A stretch of DNA of 60,088 nt, counting the filler, from an uncultured Thermoplasmatales archaeon (lineage in GTDB: Archaea > Thermoplasmatota > E2 > DHVEG-1): assembly GCA_964517155.1 (NCBI GenBank). It is 4 parts of 4 records of this genome, joined end to end, with 100 filler letters (N's around TTAATTAATTAA, not from the genome) between each part and the next. Parts side by side here need not be neighbours in the genome. Positions count along the whole stretch, not along the records: positions 51,030 to 60,088 come from CAZFAZ010000088.1; 3 more parts are not named here. One strand, 5' to 3'. Positions 58,385 to 60,088 of this stretch are shown here, one piece after another (position 1 is the first letter of the stretch; every line of letters starts with the position of its first letter). The notes below the pieces were generated by a model. That model was not told the DNA's origin and did no database searches. It saw nothing but the letters and a program-made list of their open reading frames with translations. A program made the translations under genes and the position numbers.

Positions 58385-60088
58385 CTAATATTTATATGCT
58401 TTAGGAGAAACATTTAAAGGTTTATTTAAACTAGAAACAATATCTGAAGTCAGATTACTATCATAAATTTTATTAGATTTAGAACTTGGATAAATACTCT
58501 GGATATATTTATGTTTTTCATCTAATTTTTTAAAATTAATAGGATTATCCTTTGAAAAAAAATGAGCATGATTCTTTGCAAAAGAGGAATGCATTCTAAA
58601 ATCTGATAAACTAGAACGCCTTTTAACAATTAGAATTAATAAAACAAAAACAACAACTAAAACAATTACAAATATAAGACCTGGATAAACAACAATTTCT
58701 TTTGAACCGGTATTTTCTAAAATAGGACTATATGCACTCAAAATATCTGATAAAATATTATACTTATAATCCCAGACATCATTACCATTAACATCTAAAA
58801 GATAATCTCCACCACCAATATATATAACACTCTTTGAAAAACCATTTTCATAATCATAAAAAACATCAAAAAACCCATCATTATCAGAATCAATTATATA
58901 CCAAGAGCCAAAAGAAGAATTTAAATTTTCAATTTTTACATCATCAACATTAAAAAAATCCTTAATTTCATCTAATACAGCATCACTAGAAACAAAAATA
59001 GAATCATCATCCTCATCAGATACAAAATCAGAAACATTGGCTGTTAAATTAAAATCTTCAAAACTATCCTGAATAAAAACAACTATCGTATCAGTACCAG
59101 TTGCACCATTATTATCAGTAACAGTCAAAGTAACAGTATAATTACCAACAGAACTATAAAAATGAGAAACAGAAACACCAGAACCAGTAACTCCGCCACC
59201 AAAACTCCAACTATAAGAAACAATACTTCCATCAGAATCATAGCTACCTGAACCACTAAAACTGATACTTTGATTTACAAAACCACTATACGGACCACCA
59301 GCATTTGCAACAGGTGCAGCATTGGAAGCAACATAACCACCACCAGATGGAGTCGACGGTGCTTTTGGTTTAGACTGAGTAGTAAACACAAAAGATTGAT
59401 TACACCACAAATTACCATCAGATGCATTTACAAACCAAAGATTCGTAGTAGAATAAGCAAGATTAGAAACACTGCACAAAAAACTACCATTACTTGAATT
59501 AAAACCACTACTACTACCTATATCAGGAATGGTTTGAATACTCCAGTTAAAAAGATCACCATCAGGATCATTAATTGTAACCTGCAGACTAGAAAGACTT
59601 ATAGAAATACTCTTGCTATCGTTACTCGGGTTTAGACCTGAATATAATGGAGCAGAATTTACAACCGGAATAATTTTTGTGGTAAAAATATACCAAGATT
59701 CTAAAAGATTTAAACCATCTGTTACATTAACCCAAACCTTGTAAGATGTATTATATTGCAAACCTGATAAAGGCAATTTAAATGTTGCATTATTTACATT
59801 ATTTGAACCAACTGATTGACCATTGCTACACTCAATTGTATAATTAAAACTATCACCTTCAGAATCAGCAATTTCTACGCTCCAGTTAAAAGATAAATCT
59901 TGATTAACAGAGCTGTTAGCTGGATTTACAGCTATAATATTTGGCGCAAAATTAACAGGTTCTACCTCCGTTGTAAAAACATAAGTTTCATTACACCAAA
60001 CAATACCATCAGATGCATTTACAAACCAGGTATAAGTTGTATCATAAACTAGATTTGAAACATTACAAATTTTAGTACCATTTGACTC
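58385..60088 (-). CDS. large PKD/Ig-like repeat surface protein, C-terminal part (runs off the window end)
   Basis: Frame open to 60088; repeats of Y.T.Y.WFVNASDG; PKD domain PVANAGGPY...SYSWSFG...YTVTLTVTDNNG; TM helix near the C-terminus. Confidence 0.85.
   Translation of the reverse strand, partial: ESNGTKICNVSNLVYDTTYTWFVNASDGIVWCNETYVFTTEVEPVNFAPNIIAVNPANSSVNQDLSFNWSVEIADSEGDSFNYTIECSNGQSVGSNNVNNATFKLPLSGLQYNTSYKVWVNVTDGLNLLESWYIFTTKIIPVVNSAPLYSGLNPSNDSKSISISLSSLQVTINDPDGDLFNWSIQTIPDIGSSSGFNSSNGSFLCSVSNLAYSTTNLWFVNASDGNLWCNQSFVFTTQSKPKAPSTPSGGGYVASNAAPVANAGGPYSGFVNQSISFSGSGSYDSDGSIVSYSWSFGGGVTGSGVSVSHFYSSVGNYTVTLTVTDNNGATGTDTIVVFIQDSFEDFNLTANVSDFVSDEDDDSIFVSSDAVLDEIKDFFNVDDVKIENLNSSFGSWYIIDSDNDGFFDVFYDYENGFSKSVIYIGGGDYLLDVNGNDVWDYKYNILSDILSAYSPILENTGSKEIVVYPGLIFVIVLVVVFVLLILIVKRRSSLSDFRMHSSFAKNHAHFFSKDNPINFKKLDEKHKYIQSIYPSSKSNKIYDSNLTSDIVSSLNKPLNVSPKAYKY

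Noticed and set aside
59381..60088. DNA repeat TACCATCAGATGCATTTACAAACCA at about 59413 and 60004
   Set aside because: Explained by tandem Ig-like domain duplication in the surface protein; no reverse transcriptase or template/variable-repeat pattern

Overview
AT-rich archaeal DNA. The uS13-uS4-uS11-Rpo3 operon, archaeal pilin/PilB/PilC genes, BRE-TATA promoters and many secreted PKD/NosD proteins suggest an anaerobic Thermoplasmatota, probably of the DHVEG-1/MBG-D (Thermoprofundales) type; this placement is an inference. The window is four contigs joined by artificial N-TTAATTAATTAA-N linkers (9854-9953, 21558-21657, 50930-51029), so adjacency across them is not evidence of linkage. Contents: a four-gene group 4 [NiFe]-hydrogenase catalytic module with hypE and a HycI-type protease; purine salvage genes; asnS, glyS and a bacterial-type tgt fragment; tRNA-Pro(CGG) with a ~2.7 kb minimal integrative element (tyrosine integrase, RHH regulator, beta-propeller surface protein, 15-bp att repeat) followed by a second segment ending in a degenerate copy of the same right end; an intact IS5/IS903-like element with 16-bp TIRs and a 9-bp TSD; a Fur/PerR-led 10-gene oxidative-stress cluster; an acyl-CoA/leucine-degradation cluster with a BirA-box-controlled Na+/solute symporter (candidate biotin transporter) and birA; a type IV pilus locus; tRNA-Arg(CCG); and two unannotated, promoter-led, structured intergenic elements sharing ATCCCATCC that are candidate sRNAs.
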